The notes under the pieces: generated by a model
Told to the model about the DNA's origin: nothing
Databases searched by the model: none
What the model saw: only the letters and a program-made list of their open reading frames with translations
In this document: positions 36,062 through 45,451 of the stretch, piece by piece
Position numbering within the stretch: the first letter of the stretch is position 1
How the letters are laid out: every line of letters begins with the position of its first letter
Program-made: the position numbers and the translations under genes
IMG/VR virus record: IMGVR_UViG_3300025292_000002
Coordinates: 33,568 to 97,567 of that record
DNA: 64,000 nt
Reading direction: 5' to 3' (one strand)
DNA from: a virus
Taxonomy: Duplodnaviria > Heunggongvirae > Uroviricota > Caudoviricetes

Positions 36062-36637
36062 CTAAGCTATCTTTCCACGTCTTAATAATTCTTTTAAAAC
36101 TAAAGCACAATTTGTATCATCATCTTTAACATCTGTTAATCGAATAAATTCACAATTCAATTCTTCTTCAATCAATCGTTGTCTGCCAAATTGGTCTTCA
36201 TATGAATAACCAGCATGGTCATTTTCATCATATTCAATGGCTATTCCAATTTGTGGCAAATATAAATCAACCCTTTTCCCAAGCACATTATGCTGTCGAG
36301 AAAATTCATTTATACCAAACACTGTTAATTGCTTTTCTATTTTATCTAAAAATTCAACTTCTTTTCTATTGGAATCAACTATCAATGTTTTCAAATTAAA
36401 CATGTTTGATACCATTATCACTTCTTCAGAAGTTAACCTCATTTTAGCAAACAATATTTCCATTCCTTGATTCTTAAAAGACACTTTATCATAAAAATTC
36501 CCACGATGATTGTATTGTTCCTTAATGAAATTTTTATGAAAAATATCATCTGCTATTTCTTCTTCAATTTTCCTAATGATTCTCATAATTTCTGAATGTC
36601 TTTTGTTAAATAATTTTGCTATATAAACACTATCCAT
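36062..36637 (-). CDS. putative free-standing endonuclease (antirepressor-like N-terminus plus DUF559/Vsr-like PD-(D/E)XK C-terminus)
   Basis: C-terminal KRVDLYLPQIGIAIEYDENDH...EFIRL; sits between primase and helicase. Confidence 0.4.
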   Translation of the reverse strand: MDSVYIAKLFNKRHSEIMRIIRKIEEEIADDIFHKNFIKEQYNHRGNFYDKVSFKNQGMEILFAKMRLTSEEVIMVSNMFNLKTLIVDSNRKEVEFLDKIEKQLTVFGINEFSRQHNVLGKRVDLYLPQIGIAIEYDENDHAGYSYEDQFGRQRLIEEELNCEFIRLTDVKDDDTNCALVLKELLRRGKIA

Positions 36638-36663
36638 TTTATCACCCTCCGAACATTTTTTAT

Positions 36664-36693
36664 TATTGTATTGAAAACACCATAAATGTAAGG
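36664..36693 (-). promoter_or_regulatory. conserved phage promoter module (family copy)
   Basis: tattgtattga-N12-tgtaagg. Confidence 0.6.
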
Positions 36694-36717
36694 AAGCTCG
36701 TAAAATATTTATTTTAC

Positions 36718-36757
36718 TATAAAAAAGGGAGCCAGAAACCGCATGGCTTCAAGCTCC
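36718..36757 (-). terminator. rho-independent terminator after the helicase gene
   Basis: hairpin ggagcttgaagccatgcggtttctggctcc followed by T6. Confidence 0.55.
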
Positions 36758-36764
36758 ATTTTCA

Positions 36765-38357
36765 TTAGAAATCGACAACAATGTCTTCTTGATGTTGTTT
36801 CTCGAAAGCTACCGTTTCTTCCGTCATTTCTACCTCAATCGGCACAATATCCGTAATTAAGTTGAAATCTGTATCTGTCATGAAGCACAATTCTTCACGC
36901 ATAGTTCCTAAATCCATTCGTGTCCAAATAATAACAGCTGTACGACCTGAACGGTTTTTGTAAACCCAATGTGAGAAGTTTGGCTGTTTATATTGTTTGT
37001 GTTTTAGGATATGGTCAAGGTTTTCATGGTCCTTCGCTGTTGCACGGAATGACATTAAACCGTGGTCAACTTTATCTGCTGTAGCTGAACCGCCTCGTAG
37101 TGATTGTGTATCACGGTTTTCTACGTCTTTAGAATTACGGTTTAACTGTGTGGACGAGATAATATAAATCTGGTATTTATTTGCCAACAGTTTCATGGCA
37201 CCAGAAAATTGAACTAAGATTTGGTCCTCACGTAACGAATTACCAAAAGCGTTTTGCATTGTACGAGCTAATTTTGCTGTCATTTGAATGTAATCGAATG
37301 CCACAAATTCAACATCTTTTTCAATGATGTATTGCTCAATAATACCTTCAATATCAGCAATTGAGAAATCATCTACATACACCGCATAAATCGGAGCTCG
37401 TTTTAACACGTTAATTCCGTAGCTTAAACGTGCTAATGTTGCTTGGCTATATTTACCGTTTTTGATTACATCTTCATTGATACCAGTGATATAAGCTAAC
37501 ATTACAGTTTGTAACTCACGTTTTTCAAGCTCGGTAGATATGAATAATGTTGGTTTAACGATACCATTTTTTACCCAAGCTTTTTTCTCATAGCTGTAAA
37601 TTTCGTCACATGAAATATTACACATATCAGCTAATGATTGACGAGTTTTACCGCCACCTGTAGTTGCTGAACGTAACATAAATTTACCTGGTCGCATACC
37701 ACGGAAAATGGCATTATAATAACCGTTTGAGAAAGGATAACCAAATTCTGGGTCTTGATTCATTTCATCGAGTAACGAATCTAAATCGTCGCCAGCTGTG
37801 AAATTTTTAGAGTTCTTGCTGATACTCCATTTATTTCTAAGAGCTGCCATTTTCAATGAAAAATGTTCGACCATTTCTTCAAGCTTCATTTTTTCGATTC
37901 TTTGTCTGCCATCATTGAAGATTTTTAAATCTGTGCTTTCATAATCGAAAATATCCTTAATACTAACTCCTTCAGCTAAATAATTTCGTAGCAATGAATA
38001 CTTTTTGAGCGAATCATAGTTTAGCTTAAACGTTTCAATGTTCGAATGAGCTATTGATTTTCTCATGTAATCAATACCGTTGTTTTCTTTCCAAATATTG
38101 TACAAATCGCCATGTGGAGCCAGGAAGTTATCAATATCAACTTCTGTAATCGTAGCTACTTCATCGCCAGAATATACAATGTTGTTAATTGCGCTAAATA
38201 CGATTTTGTGAAAATCCTGCACGAAATCTTCTTCGCTTAAATGTACTTCAGGGTCTTTCAAAGCTCGAGGATTAATGCAAATGTTTCCTAATACGGAATA
38301 AATATTTCTTGTTGGGTTAAGATATTTTACAATTTCAGCTGTTGTTTTTGATTCCAT
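36765..38357 (-). CDS. replicative DNA helicase (DnaB-like)
   Basis: Walker A ATTGGGKT; RecA-fold C-terminal domain; 530 aa. Confidence 0.8.
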   Translation of the reverse strand: MESKTTAEIVKYLNPTRNIYSVLGNICINPRALKDPEVHLSEEDFVQDFHKIVFSAINNIVYSGDEVATITEVDIDNFLAPHGDLYNIWKENNGIDYMRKSIAHSNIETFKLNYDSLKKYSLLRNYLAEGVSIKDIFDYESTDLKIFNDGRQRIEKMKLEEMVEHFSLKMAALRNKWSISKNSKNFTAGDDLDSLLDEMNQDPEFGYPFSNGYYNAIFRGMRPGKFMLRSATTGGGKTRQSLADMCNISCDEIYSYEKKAWVKNGIVKPTLFISTELEKRELQTVMLAYITGINEDVIKNGKYSQATLARLSYGINVLKRAPIYAVYVDDFSIADIEGIIEQYIIEKDVEFVAFDYIQMTAKLARTMQNAFGNSLREDQILVQFSGAMKLLANKYQIYIISSTQLNRNSKDVENRDTQSLRGGSATADKVDHGLMSFRATAKDHENLDHILKHKQYKQPNFSHWVYKNRSGRTAVIIWTRMDLGTMREELCFMTDTDFNLITDIVPIEVEMTEETVAFEKQHQEDIVVDF

Positions 38358-38883
38358 TTGCCAATTCCTCCAAATTAATTAGTTTTGCTTCTTTGTGATT
38401 GTAACGTCTTTTGGGATAATTCATTTTTATTTTTGTTACGCCAACATCCAAAGCTTGTGTTGATGTTGATTTAGCTAATTTGTTCTTGTGATATTCAATC
38501 ATTTCATCATGAATATAAGGAACAATCCCAATACCTTTGCTTTTTGTAACTTTTTCTTGCTTGACATTAACGAAATATTCTAAAGACAACCTGATATTTT
38601 TTGTCGTATATCCTTTGTCCTGCAATCTTTTTACTTGAGTTTTTAATAAATTTCCTTTTTCTCCTAAGCTAGGGATTTCAAATATGCGACAAATTGTTGC
38701 TTCCAGCATTTGTTTTTGTCTGTTTTCTTCCATTTCCTTATCAAAACACGGTTTGCAAAATCTTTTTGATTTATTTCTTGGAGAATCTATCAAATCTATA
38801 GCTCGATGTTTTTTGTTTAACAATTTACATTCTACGCCATGACACATTAATAACCTGTTTTGAACTGGTGCTTTTTTCACCAT
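38335..38883 (-). CDS. zinc-finger protein (possible helicase loader or replication accessory), start moved downstream of promoter
   Basis: GGAGGTGA RBS before MVKKAP; Cys pairs CHGVEC and CKPC. Confidence 0.45.
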   Translation of the reverse strand: MVKKAPVQNRLLMCHGVECKLLNKKHRAIDLIDSPRNKSKRFCKPCFDKEMEENRQKQMLEATICRIFEIPSLGEKGNLLKTQVKRLQDKGYTTKNIRLSLEYFVNVKQEKVTKSKGIGIVPYIHDEMIEYHKNKLAKSTSTQALDVGVTKIKMNYPKRRYNHKEAKLINLEELANGIKNNS

Positions 38884-38909
38884 AACATTCACCTCCGCTA
38901 TTACTTTAT

Positions 38910-38939
38910 TATTATATTGAACAAATTTAAGCTGACAGG
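38910..38939 (-). promoter_or_regulatory. conserved phage promoter module (family copy, -35 variant)
   Basis: tattatattga-N12-tgacagg. Confidence 0.5.
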
Positions 38940-38943
38940 ATGC

Positions 38944-38973
38944 CAAAAAAAATAAGAGCGAATTTTCGCTCTT
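38944..38973. terminator. bidirectional rho-independent terminator
   Basis: hairpin agagcgaa-aa-ttcgctct flanked by A8 and T7 runs. Confidence 0.65.
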
Positions 38974-39499
38974 ACATTATTTTTTTCCCTGCATATTTGA
39001 TTCCAGCTGTGCAACAACTTGATTGATAATTTCCGCTCACTAGCGCATTTGAACGTCTAAATTTTAAAGCTACAACGTTATCACATTTTTCACATACATA
39101 CACACAACGCTCCATTTTTGGCCTTTTTGTATACGTACTACACCCACCGTGCTTGCGTAGTTCGTTTTCGAAATATTCTTCTCCGTCCAAGTATGGTTTG
39201 TCAAGCTCAAACAATGCGTAATGTATTAGCTCGTGTATCAATGTTGAACATATGTCTTGTTTAGATGCGTTCGTTGTCATGTTTTTATTTAATTCAATTC
39301 GGAGCGATTTCTTTTCTCCTGCTCGTCTGGCAAACCTGCCAAGAATTTTTCCTATCCGTCCATTAATAACAATCGGAATACTCAGCTCAAGATTATAATG
39401 CTTTTCAACGAAATCAGCTGCGACCTTCGTTAAAAACCTAATATCACGCCAATATCTTTCATCGTATTCTAAGCTTGTATAATATTCAACTGCGTTCAT
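38972..39499 (-). CDS. SprT-like zinc metalloprotease
   Basis: HELIHYAL (HExxH) followed by C-terminal zinc-ribbon cysteines; start at MNAVEYY behind AGAGGGAGA RBS. Confidence 0.7.
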   Translation of the reverse strand: MNAVEYYTSLEYDERYWRDIRFLTKVAADFVEKHYNLELSIPIVINGRIGKILGRFARRAGEKKSLRIELNKNMTTNASKQDICSTLIHELIHYALFELDKPYLDGEEYFENELRKHGGCSTYTKRPKMERCVYVCEKCDNVVALKFRRSNALVSGNYQSSCCTAGIKYAGKKIM

Positions 39500-39530
39500 A
39501 TTAACATCTCCCTCTTGTTTTGTTAATACA

Positions 39531-39559
39531 ATCATAACATATTTGTATACCAATGTAAA
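39531..39559 (-). promoter_or_regulatory. sigma-A-type promoter (TTTACA-17-TATGAT)
   Basis: minus-strand reading TTTACAttggtatacaaatatgtTATGAT. Confidence 0.5.
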
Positions 39560-39583
39560 CAGATAAAAATAAAAAGACGAGAA

Positions 39584-39781
39584 TTAATCCTCGTCTTCTC
39601 CAGCATATTTATCTTCCAGCATATCGTAAATGTAAACAGCATCATATCCTTGATTTTCACGATAACATTTTTCAGCATCCTCAATGTTATCAAATTTGCC
39701 AATAACATCGCTTAATCCTCCACAAGGATAAAATTGGTCAAATGCGAACACCCAATATCTGTTTTTCATTAGAACGACCAC
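39584..39781 (-). CDS. hypothetical protein
   Basis: 65-aa ORF. Confidence 0.45.
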   Translation of the reverse strand: MVVLMKNRYWVFAFDQFYPCGGLSDVIGKFDNIEDAEKCYRENQGYDAVYIYDMLEDKYAGEDED

Positions 39782-39960
39782 AACACTTCGTCAAAGCTTT
39801 TGCCATATTTTTTACAATAATCAGTAATCATAATACGCATTGTTACCACATCATCATGAACAATCATTGTATGCCCGTGATAGAATTCTTTAAGCTTTTT
39901 GTATTCCTGCTCCTGTGTTGATTCTGGTTTGCGTTTTGTTTTTAAATAGCGTTTTTTCAT
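39769..39960 (-). CDS. hypothetical protein
   Basis: 63-aa ORF. Confidence 0.45.
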   Translation of the reverse strand: MKKRYLKTKRKPESTQEQEYKKLKEFYHGHTMIVHDDVVTMRIMITDYCKKYGKSFDEVLWSF

Positions 39961-39961
39961 T

Positions 39962-40120
39962 TTAATTCTCCTCCTTGGCGTGTTTAATCATATGAGCTTC
40001 TGCGTTCTCGATTTTTTTTCTGAGTTTCTCGTGCTCTTTGAATTCCCAATAGTTTAAATCTAATAATTTCTCATAGAGTTTTATAATCTCATGAACATGC
40101 CCTTCTTTATAGTACTTCAT
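39962..40120 (-). CDS. small hypothetical protein (~52 aa, not in ORF track)
   Basis: AAGAGGAGAAA RBS; sequence MKYYKEGHVHEIIKLYEKL. Confidence 0.4.
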   Translation of the reverse strand: MKYYKEGHVHEIIKLYEKLLDLNYWEFKEHEKLRKKIENAEAHMIKHAKEEN

Positions 40121-40121
40121 T

Positions 40122-40526
40122 TTATTTCTCCTCTTTAGTATATGCTAAAATTCGGTCATGTTTATCTTTGTATGTGTGTCCATCATATTTAATATCGGGG
40201 CTTTCAATGTGCCATGATACTTGACCTGTAGGAAGTTCGATGTAAGCAACAACGCCCCAACGCTCATCCCAGCCTTTTTCAATAATTTCAGTTACAGGTG
40301 TGTGAATCACGAAACCAGCTTTATAATCCATTTTACGTGCTAAATGAACAGCATCATAAATCAAATCATTTCGTACATCGTAATGTGTTTGTTTTTTGGT
40401 CTCATCACCTTTAAACGTGAAAGATGATGGGTCATTATCCTCAATTTCTAACAATACCAATTTAAGCAAGTTCTTTCTTTCCTCAGGTGTTAAATATACT
40501 AATTCATCTTCTTTAATTCCGTACAT
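40122..40526 (-). CDS. hypothetical protein
   Basis: 134-aa ORF behind a family promoter. Confidence 0.55.
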   Translation of the reverse strand: MYGIKEDELVYLTPEERKNLLKLVLLEIEDNDPSSFTFKGDETKKQTHYDVRNDLIYDAVHLARKMDYKAGFVIHTPVTEIIEKGWDERWGVVAYIELPTGQVSWHIESPDIKYDGHTYKDKHDRILAYTKEEK

Positions 40527-40553
40527 TTCATTTCCTCCTTTTGTTTACAATGT

Positions 40554-40583
40554 CATTGTATTGACAGCATTTAAAATGTAAGG
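40554..40583 (-). promoter_or_regulatory. conserved phage promoter module (family copy)
   Basis: cattgtattga-N12-tgtaagg. Confidence 0.6.
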
Positions 40584-40603
40584 TGGCATTTTAAGTTTAA
40601 TTT

Positions 40604-40621
40604 TTGAATATTAATATTCAA
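40604..40621. repeat. 18-bp palindrome family copy (perfect)
   Basis: TTGAATATTAATATTCAA, 20 bp upstream of the promoter -35. Confidence 0.85.
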
Positions 40622-40664
40622 CTTTTTATTAAAAATGAAACGAGGGAAAAATCCCTCGCTCATA

Positions 40665-42317
40665 TTAACCGTGTAAGATTTCACGAATTTCAGCTAACGT
40701 TTGGTCACGTAATAGCTCGCCATCTTCAAATACTGTTTCTAATAGGTCAGGCGTTTTAACCGTTTGGTCTTTGAATAATCCGTCAACAAATTTGATTTCT
40801 CCGTCTGGACCTTCATGAACATGAACTCGACCACGTTGAGATTTCTTAGTGCCATCATCTGTTTTCGGGTCTTTGAATAGTAAACGTTCTTCTCCATCTA
40901 CTTGAGCATACGTAGCTTTCATTGCAAATCCAAACGTATCTCGAGTGTTGTATTGATAAGTGAAACTGCCAATTCCGAATACTACGTTTGTGCTTGCGAA
41001 ACCTTTAGCTTCAAGTTGTGTTACAATATCACGAGCACGTTCTAATGTGATTGAATCACCGTAAATAGCTCCAATGTGAGTATCAAGCAATTTATATCCT
41101 TGGTCAGTGATTGTTCCACCGAAAATGTCCCACAGACATTCAATTAAACCTTTACGCTCTAATTCAGTAGCTCCATTTGGGTCACCGCATAGGATTTTTA
41201 CAGGGTCGCCACTGTCAGGACGAATAACAACTCGACCATCACGTTCCATGATTTCTTTTTTCAGCTTCGGTAGGTATTCGCCAACAACTTTCCAGAAATC
41301 CCAAGTATCAGATACTACAGAGAAGAATCCGTTAGCATATACTTCCGTGATTAAATGTTTGAATAAATCAAATTCGTTTGTTTGTCCGTAACTGCACATT
41401 ACTGAGTGTTCAGTTGCTGGGATTGAAGTACCAACCATTTCTTCTTCAATGTTAGCATTGTAATATTTTTCTAACATCATGATTGAAGGAATTGTGTCAG
41501 TTCCTGAGAATGATAATAAATGACCTGCGCCAGAGCTAATTGAAGCTTCAAGTGCACCCATGCCACGCATTGAGAAATCATGACCTTGGAATTCTACACC
41601 AGCTGTAGAACCAGTTGTTAAAATTGCGAAATCATTCAACAATTGACGGTATTCGTAGGCAATTGTAGCTGATGTCATTGGTAACCAAAATTCATTTGAA
41701 AGCAATGTTTCTAAGTAATTTGTTAACCAGAAGAAATCTTTGTGTGTGTTTTCAATTGTAACGATTGGAGTTTTCATTGGCACACGAGTTCCTTCTTTTA
41801 AAGCTTTAATTCTGATTGGTAAATATCCCAAGTTGTGTAAAGCTTCGATGTGTGAAGCGTCAGGATTTTGATTGCCAAGCGTATGTTTAAGCACACGTTT
41901 GTATTCTTCAACAACTTCAAACAATGGACGGCTGAAGAAATGTTCATTGAAGTAATCAATAATGTATTTTTTAATAGTTGATTGTACACCGAACACAACC
42001 ACTTTTTCAGCTTGTGGGAAGTATTTGTTGCTTCTTGGAGTCCAAGTAGAATAAATAAATTCCGTGCTGAATGGATATTGAATCATATGAGAAATCTTGT
42101 AAAAATCACAAAGCAATGTTGCTGGGAAAATTGTTTTTCTTTGTGCTGGTACTTTAGCAAAGAAGTTTTCATCTAACCATCGTCTCGACACTTCATGTCT
42201 GCTTGGTTCATCGTCGATGAAGTATAAAGTGCCATCTTTATCTTGTTCTAATTCATAAACTTTCCCTTGAGTAAAGTAAGTTCCAATGTTTGTGTTTGCA
42301 ATGTATTTTGTTATCAT
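40665..42317 (-). CDS. nadV: nicotinamide phosphoribosyltransferase
   Basis: 550 aa; NAMPT-family length and motifs (GTDT...). Confidence 0.8.
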   Translation of the reverse strand: MITKYIANTNIGTYFTQGKVYELEQDKDGTLYFIDDEPSRHEVSRRWLDENFFAKVPAQRKTIFPATLLCDFYKISHMIQYPFSTEFIYSTWTPRSNKYFPQAEKVVVFGVQSTIKKYIIDYFNEHFFSRPLFEVVEEYKRVLKHTLGNQNPDASHIEALHNLGYLPIRIKALKEGTRVPMKTPIVTIENTHKDFFWLTNYLETLLSNEFWLPMTSATIAYEYRQLLNDFAILTTGSTAGVEFQGHDFSMRGMGALEASISSGAGHLLSFSGTDTIPSIMMLEKYYNANIEEEMVGTSIPATEHSVMCSYGQTNEFDLFKHLITEVYANGFFSVVSDTWDFWKVVGEYLPKLKKEIMERDGRVVIRPDSGDPVKILCGDPNGATELERKGLIECLWDIFGGTITDQGYKLLDTHIGAIYGDSITLERARDIVTQLEAKGFASTNVVFGIGSFTYQYNTRDTFGFAMKATYAQVDGEERLLFKDPKTDDGTKKSQRGRVHVHEGPDGEIKFVDGLFKDQTVKTPDLLETVFEDGELLRDQTLAEIREILHG

Positions 42318-42332
42318 TTTAAATTCCTCCTA

Positions 42333-43163
42333 TTATTTAATAATGCTTTCAATATCGTAAACTCGTAACTGTGGTTTGTACTTTGCATTTTCCCAATTAA
42401 CATGGTCAGTTAACATGCTGTCAGTTGTGAAAATTCTATCCATGCTTGAGAACAAATCACCTTTGAAAATGCTGTTTTCAGCGTGTGCAACTAATAGATG
42501 AACATAATCAAATCCAGCTGCGCTCAATGATTCTTCAGCTTTTACAAATGTACCACCGAATGATGATAAATCATCGACAATAATTACTTTTTTACCTTTG
42601 CCAACGAAATCACTTTGTAAGCTATATTTTTTAATACGTCCTGTATGGAAATCACGGACTTTGTTGCCAATGATAACATTCTTTGGTCGCATTTTAGCAT
42701 ATCGTTTCGCTGCACCAGCATCTGGGAACATGATATAATCCTCATCATCATTGAAATCAACTTCTTTTTTAACTTGATTAAGAAGGAAGAAATTGATGTA
42801 TAATGGTTCGCATCGGTCAATTAATGCTGGTGTTACATCTGAATGTGGCTCAATAATTTTAACTTTATTGAATCCCATAGCATTAATCATTTTAGCTACA
42901 TATTTTAGTGTGAATGGAGAAAAATCTTCGCTTCTGTCCATTCGGCTATATGGCATATACGCAATGTACAAACAAGTATTTATTTTGCCATATCGCTCAT
43001 CAAGATAGCTTTTTAAGAAATCTAATTTGATTAAATCAGAATCATCCTCATATTTAAATAAAATTTTGTTGAACGTGCCGACTCTGAGCTCATCATGTTC
43101 GAATTTTGTTTCACCGTTTGGGAATTGTTCGAATTTAACAACATTGCCATTTAATCTAATCAT
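42333..43163 (-). CDS. prs: ribose-phosphate pyrophosphokinase (PRPP synthetase)
   Basis: PRPP-binding loop VIIVDDLSSFGGT; 276 aa. Confidence 0.8.
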   Translation of the reverse strand: MIRLNGNVVKFEQFPNGETKFEHDELRVGTFNKILFKYEDDSDLIKLDFLKSYLDERYGKINTCLYIAYMPYSRMDRSEDFSPFTLKYVAKMINAMGFNKVKIIEPHSDVTPALIDRCEPLYINFFLLNQVKKEVDFNDDEDYIMFPDAGAAKRYAKMRPKNVIIGNKVRDFHTGRIKKYSLQSDFVGKGKKVIIVDDLSSFGGTFVKAEESLSAAGFDYVHLLVAHAENSIFKGDLFSSMDRIFTTDSMLTDHVNWENAKYKPQLRVYDIESIIK

Positions 43164-43339
43164 TTTGTTTTACCTCCAGTAATCATTTTTATTTTTTCTT
43201 GCAAACGGAATATTTCATTTTCTAATACCATAACAGCTCCGTCATTTCCTTTTCGTTCGTAATATTGAATAAGCTTACGCTTTGAAAGAATACAACGATT
43301 ATAGTGGGCGAACCCGAACAATGGCTCGCTTACCATGCT
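43160..43339 (-). CDS. possible small protein coupled to prs
   Basis: ATGA overlap with prs start; weak. Confidence 0.3.
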   Translation of the reverse strand, partial: SMVSEPLFGFAHYNRCILSKRKLIQYYERKGNDGAVMVLENEIFRLQEKIKMITGGKTK

Positions 43340-43716
43340 CGGATTACTTCGTTCCAACAAGCTACAGGTCCTATTTCTTTTTCAACGAGCTTACGTGTTT
43401 CTTGACCTAAAATGTATGTTTCATAATCTGGTTTGCTTTTTTCGTGCTTTGTTTCTGGATAATCGAAACCAAGGTAGAAAGCATCCATATTGAAATCTTT
43501 TGGCAATTTTAACTCTTTAGCAATTCGTTCTATTAACCAACCGTTATTTTTTAAATCACGAGCAACGCTGTAAGAATTTTTGCTATCAACTTTATTTGCA
43601 TAAAGAGCTGTTAATGCACAACCACAAGTTCCTTCGTTTTCAACGAAACTTGCCCAAATAGGACGGATATTTGTGTTTTTATAAGCTTCAACAACTAATT
43701 CTGGTGTAATTTTCAT
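43330..43716 (-). CDS. hypothetical protein (start at MKITPELVV behind GGAGGAA RBS)
   Basis: 128 aa; first gene of the nadV-prs transcription unit. Confidence 0.5.
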   Translation of the reverse strand: MKITPELVVEAYKNTNIRPIWASFVENEGTCGCALTALYANKVDSKNSYSVARDLKNNGWLIERIAKELKLPKDFNMDAFYLGFDYPETKHEKSKPDYETYILGQETRKLVEKEIGPVACWNEVIRAW

Positions 43717-43754
43717 TTCAATTCCTCCAATGTTTTGTTTTTGTTTTACAATTG

Positions 43755-43784
43755 TATTGTATTGAAAGCACATTTTTTGTAAGG
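43755..43784 (-). promoter_or_regulatory. conserved phage promoter module (family copy)
   Basis: tattgtattga-N12-tgtaagg. Confidence 0.6.
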
Positions 43785-43800
43785 CGAGCGAGAAACTTTT

Positions 43801-43983
43801 TTATAAATGTTTTTCTACCGTCTTAAATGTAAGTTCACCTTCATCAAGCTTTTGAATCGTCAGCTTGTAATTAACACCGTCAATATTGACCAGCATTTGT
43901 TTGTTGTTCTTTGTTGTGTAACCAGTTGAAAAACCTTTGAATTGGTCAAGCTTTTCGGTTAGCTTGTGGATAATATTTAACAT
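43801..43983 (-). CDS. hypothetical protein
   Basis: 60-aa ORF. Confidence 0.4.
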   Translation of the reverse strand: MLNIIHKLTEKLDQFKGFSTGYTTKNNKQMLVNIDGVNYKLTIQKLDEGELTFKTVEKHL

Positions 43984-44104
43984 TATTCATCGTCTCCTCG
44001 AATTTTTTTAATTTCCTTATGAATGTATTCTGGCAACCAATGTGGAGCATATATATAAATCAAATTTGTTGCTGTGTATATGAAAAACCACAGCAACAAA
44101 AATG

Positions 44105-44509
44105 TTAAAATACTGGACAAAACTCTTCATCCTGAGTATCTGTCAGGATACCAAAATCTACTCCTTCAGAATAATAACCATTTGATTCTCCAACCCAGCG
44201 CAATGTAACATAACCATTAAGCGTTGCGAATTTGTAAAATGTCCATGTGCTTGTTCCCCAAGAATCTTCTGGACCTTCTTGTGATGTTTTTTCTGCCATT
44301 GTTAATGGTTTGCCAATTAAATCATCCAAATCACCAATAACTTCAGCAAGGCTGACACTTTCACAACAATCTTGTTCGTGCCACATTTTGTAAATTTCTC
44401 CTTCAGTTGTATGGAAATAAAGGATTTCACCATCAATATTTTCAATTTTTGCTAATGTTTTTCCCATAAGAACTTCAACATCTTTTCTGTCATCCCAACG
44501 TACTGTCAT
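44105..44509 (-). CDS. hypothetical protein
   Basis: 134-aa ORF. Confidence 0.5.
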   Translation of the reverse strand: MTVRWDDRKDVEVLMGKTLAKIENIDGEILYFHTTEGEIYKMWHEQDCCESVSLAEVIGDLDDLIGKPLTMAEKTSQEGPEDSWGTSTWTFYKFATLNGYVTLRWVGESNGYYSEGVDFGILTDTQDEEFCPVF

Positions 44510-44522
44510 AATAATTTCCTCC

Positions 44523-44702
44523 TTAGTTATACCATTTGCTTCCGTCTTGACGGATTACTTCAACAATAATATCTTTTGATTCAAGAGCTCTAATAACATG
44601 ATTACCATTTACATAACGGTCTTCCTTGTAACCACGAACATCTGAGCTAGCGATAAAGAACACATCACCTGCTACATGTTTAAAAACCAATCTTGTCCCC
44701 AT
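44523..44702 (-). CDS. small hypothetical protein (~59 aa, not in ORF track)
   Basis: GAAGGAGGAA RBS 9 nt before ATG. Confidence 0.4.
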   Translation of the reverse strand: MGTRLVFKHVAGDVFFIASSDVRGYKEDRYVNGNHVIRALESKDIIVEVIRQDGSKWYN

Positions 44703-44817
44703 TTTTATTTTCCTCCTTCTTTTTATTCATTTTCATGGTTGCACGGAAAGTTCCTGCAAAGAAACCAAGATGATAAACTAAAAATGCTAAAATGAAATCC
44801 GACCAAAATTCTGACAT
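44680..44817 (-). CDS. small membrane protein (~45 aa, not in ORF track)
   Basis: GGAGG RBS; sequence MSEFWSDFILAFLVYHLGFFAG. Confidence 0.4.
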   Translation of the reverse strand: MSEFWSDFILAFLVYHLGFFAGTFRATMKMNKKKEENKNGDKIGF

Positions 44818-44818
44818 A

Positions 44819-44989
44819 TTATTTACCTCCTACGATGATTCCCATTTCCATTAAGACATAAAGCAATACGCTCATTCCTAAGAAAAATGGAATTACTTTG
44901 AAAAACATTGAGCTTTGAAAATTGTCAGTCTTTGTAACCAGCGCCATCATTATATTGAAAACAGCACCTGCTAACACAATCCAAATCAT
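44819..44989 (-). CDS. small membrane protein (~56 aa, not in ORF track)
   Basis: AAGGAGG RBS; TAAATG coupling; two hydrophobic segments. Confidence 0.4.
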   Translation of the reverse strand: MIWIVLAGAVFNIMMALVTKTDNFQSSMFFKVIPFFLGMSVLLYVLMEMGIIVGGK

Positions 44990-45337
44990 TTATAATCCTC
45001 CTTGTGTATTTGTTTTTAAAATCTTTTCAACTTTATCATCTCGCTCATCTAGCATATCAAGGAAAACGCCATTTTCGTTTTCAACATTGAAAATCCTAGA
45101 TTTTTTCCCATATCTTTTTACGCTAACTTTTACTAAAACTCCATATAGATAAAAAACATTTACGCTTAACGTGTTTTTATGAAACGAATACTTCACAATA
45201 TTGTTGCTCTGTGTTGTTACTTTCTTTAATTTAAATTTTTTGTTTTTTAATACGATTGTTTCAGGTAAATCAGTTCGTAGAAAATATGGTTTATTTTCTC
45301 GAGCTTCGTTAAGTATTTTGTGTGCTAGTTTTAACAT
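44990..45337 (-). CDS. hypothetical protein
   Basis: 115-aa ORF behind a family promoter. Confidence 0.5.
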   Translation of the reverse strand: MLKLAHKILNEARENKPYFLRTDLPETIVLKNKKFKLKKVTTQSNNIVKYSFHKNTLSVNVFYLYGVLVKVSVKRYGKKSRIFNVENENGVFLDMLDERDDKVEKILKTNTQGGL

Positions 45338-45373
45338 ATCATTTCCTCCAATAATTGTTTTTCATTACACCGA

Positions 45374-45403
45374 TATTGTATTGAAAGCACTTCAAATGTA
45401 AGA
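45374..45403 (-). promoter_or_regulatory. conserved phage promoter module (family copy)
   Basis: tattgtattga-N12-tgtaaga. Confidence 0.6.
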
Positions 45404-45417
45404 CAGCAAATAAAAAA

Positions 45418-45451
45418 TAAAAAAAAATAACCGAGCAATTAAGCTCGGTTA
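45418..45451 (-). terminator. rho-independent terminator
   Basis: hairpin aaccgagc-ttaa-ttgctcggtt followed by a T9 run. Confidence 0.65.
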
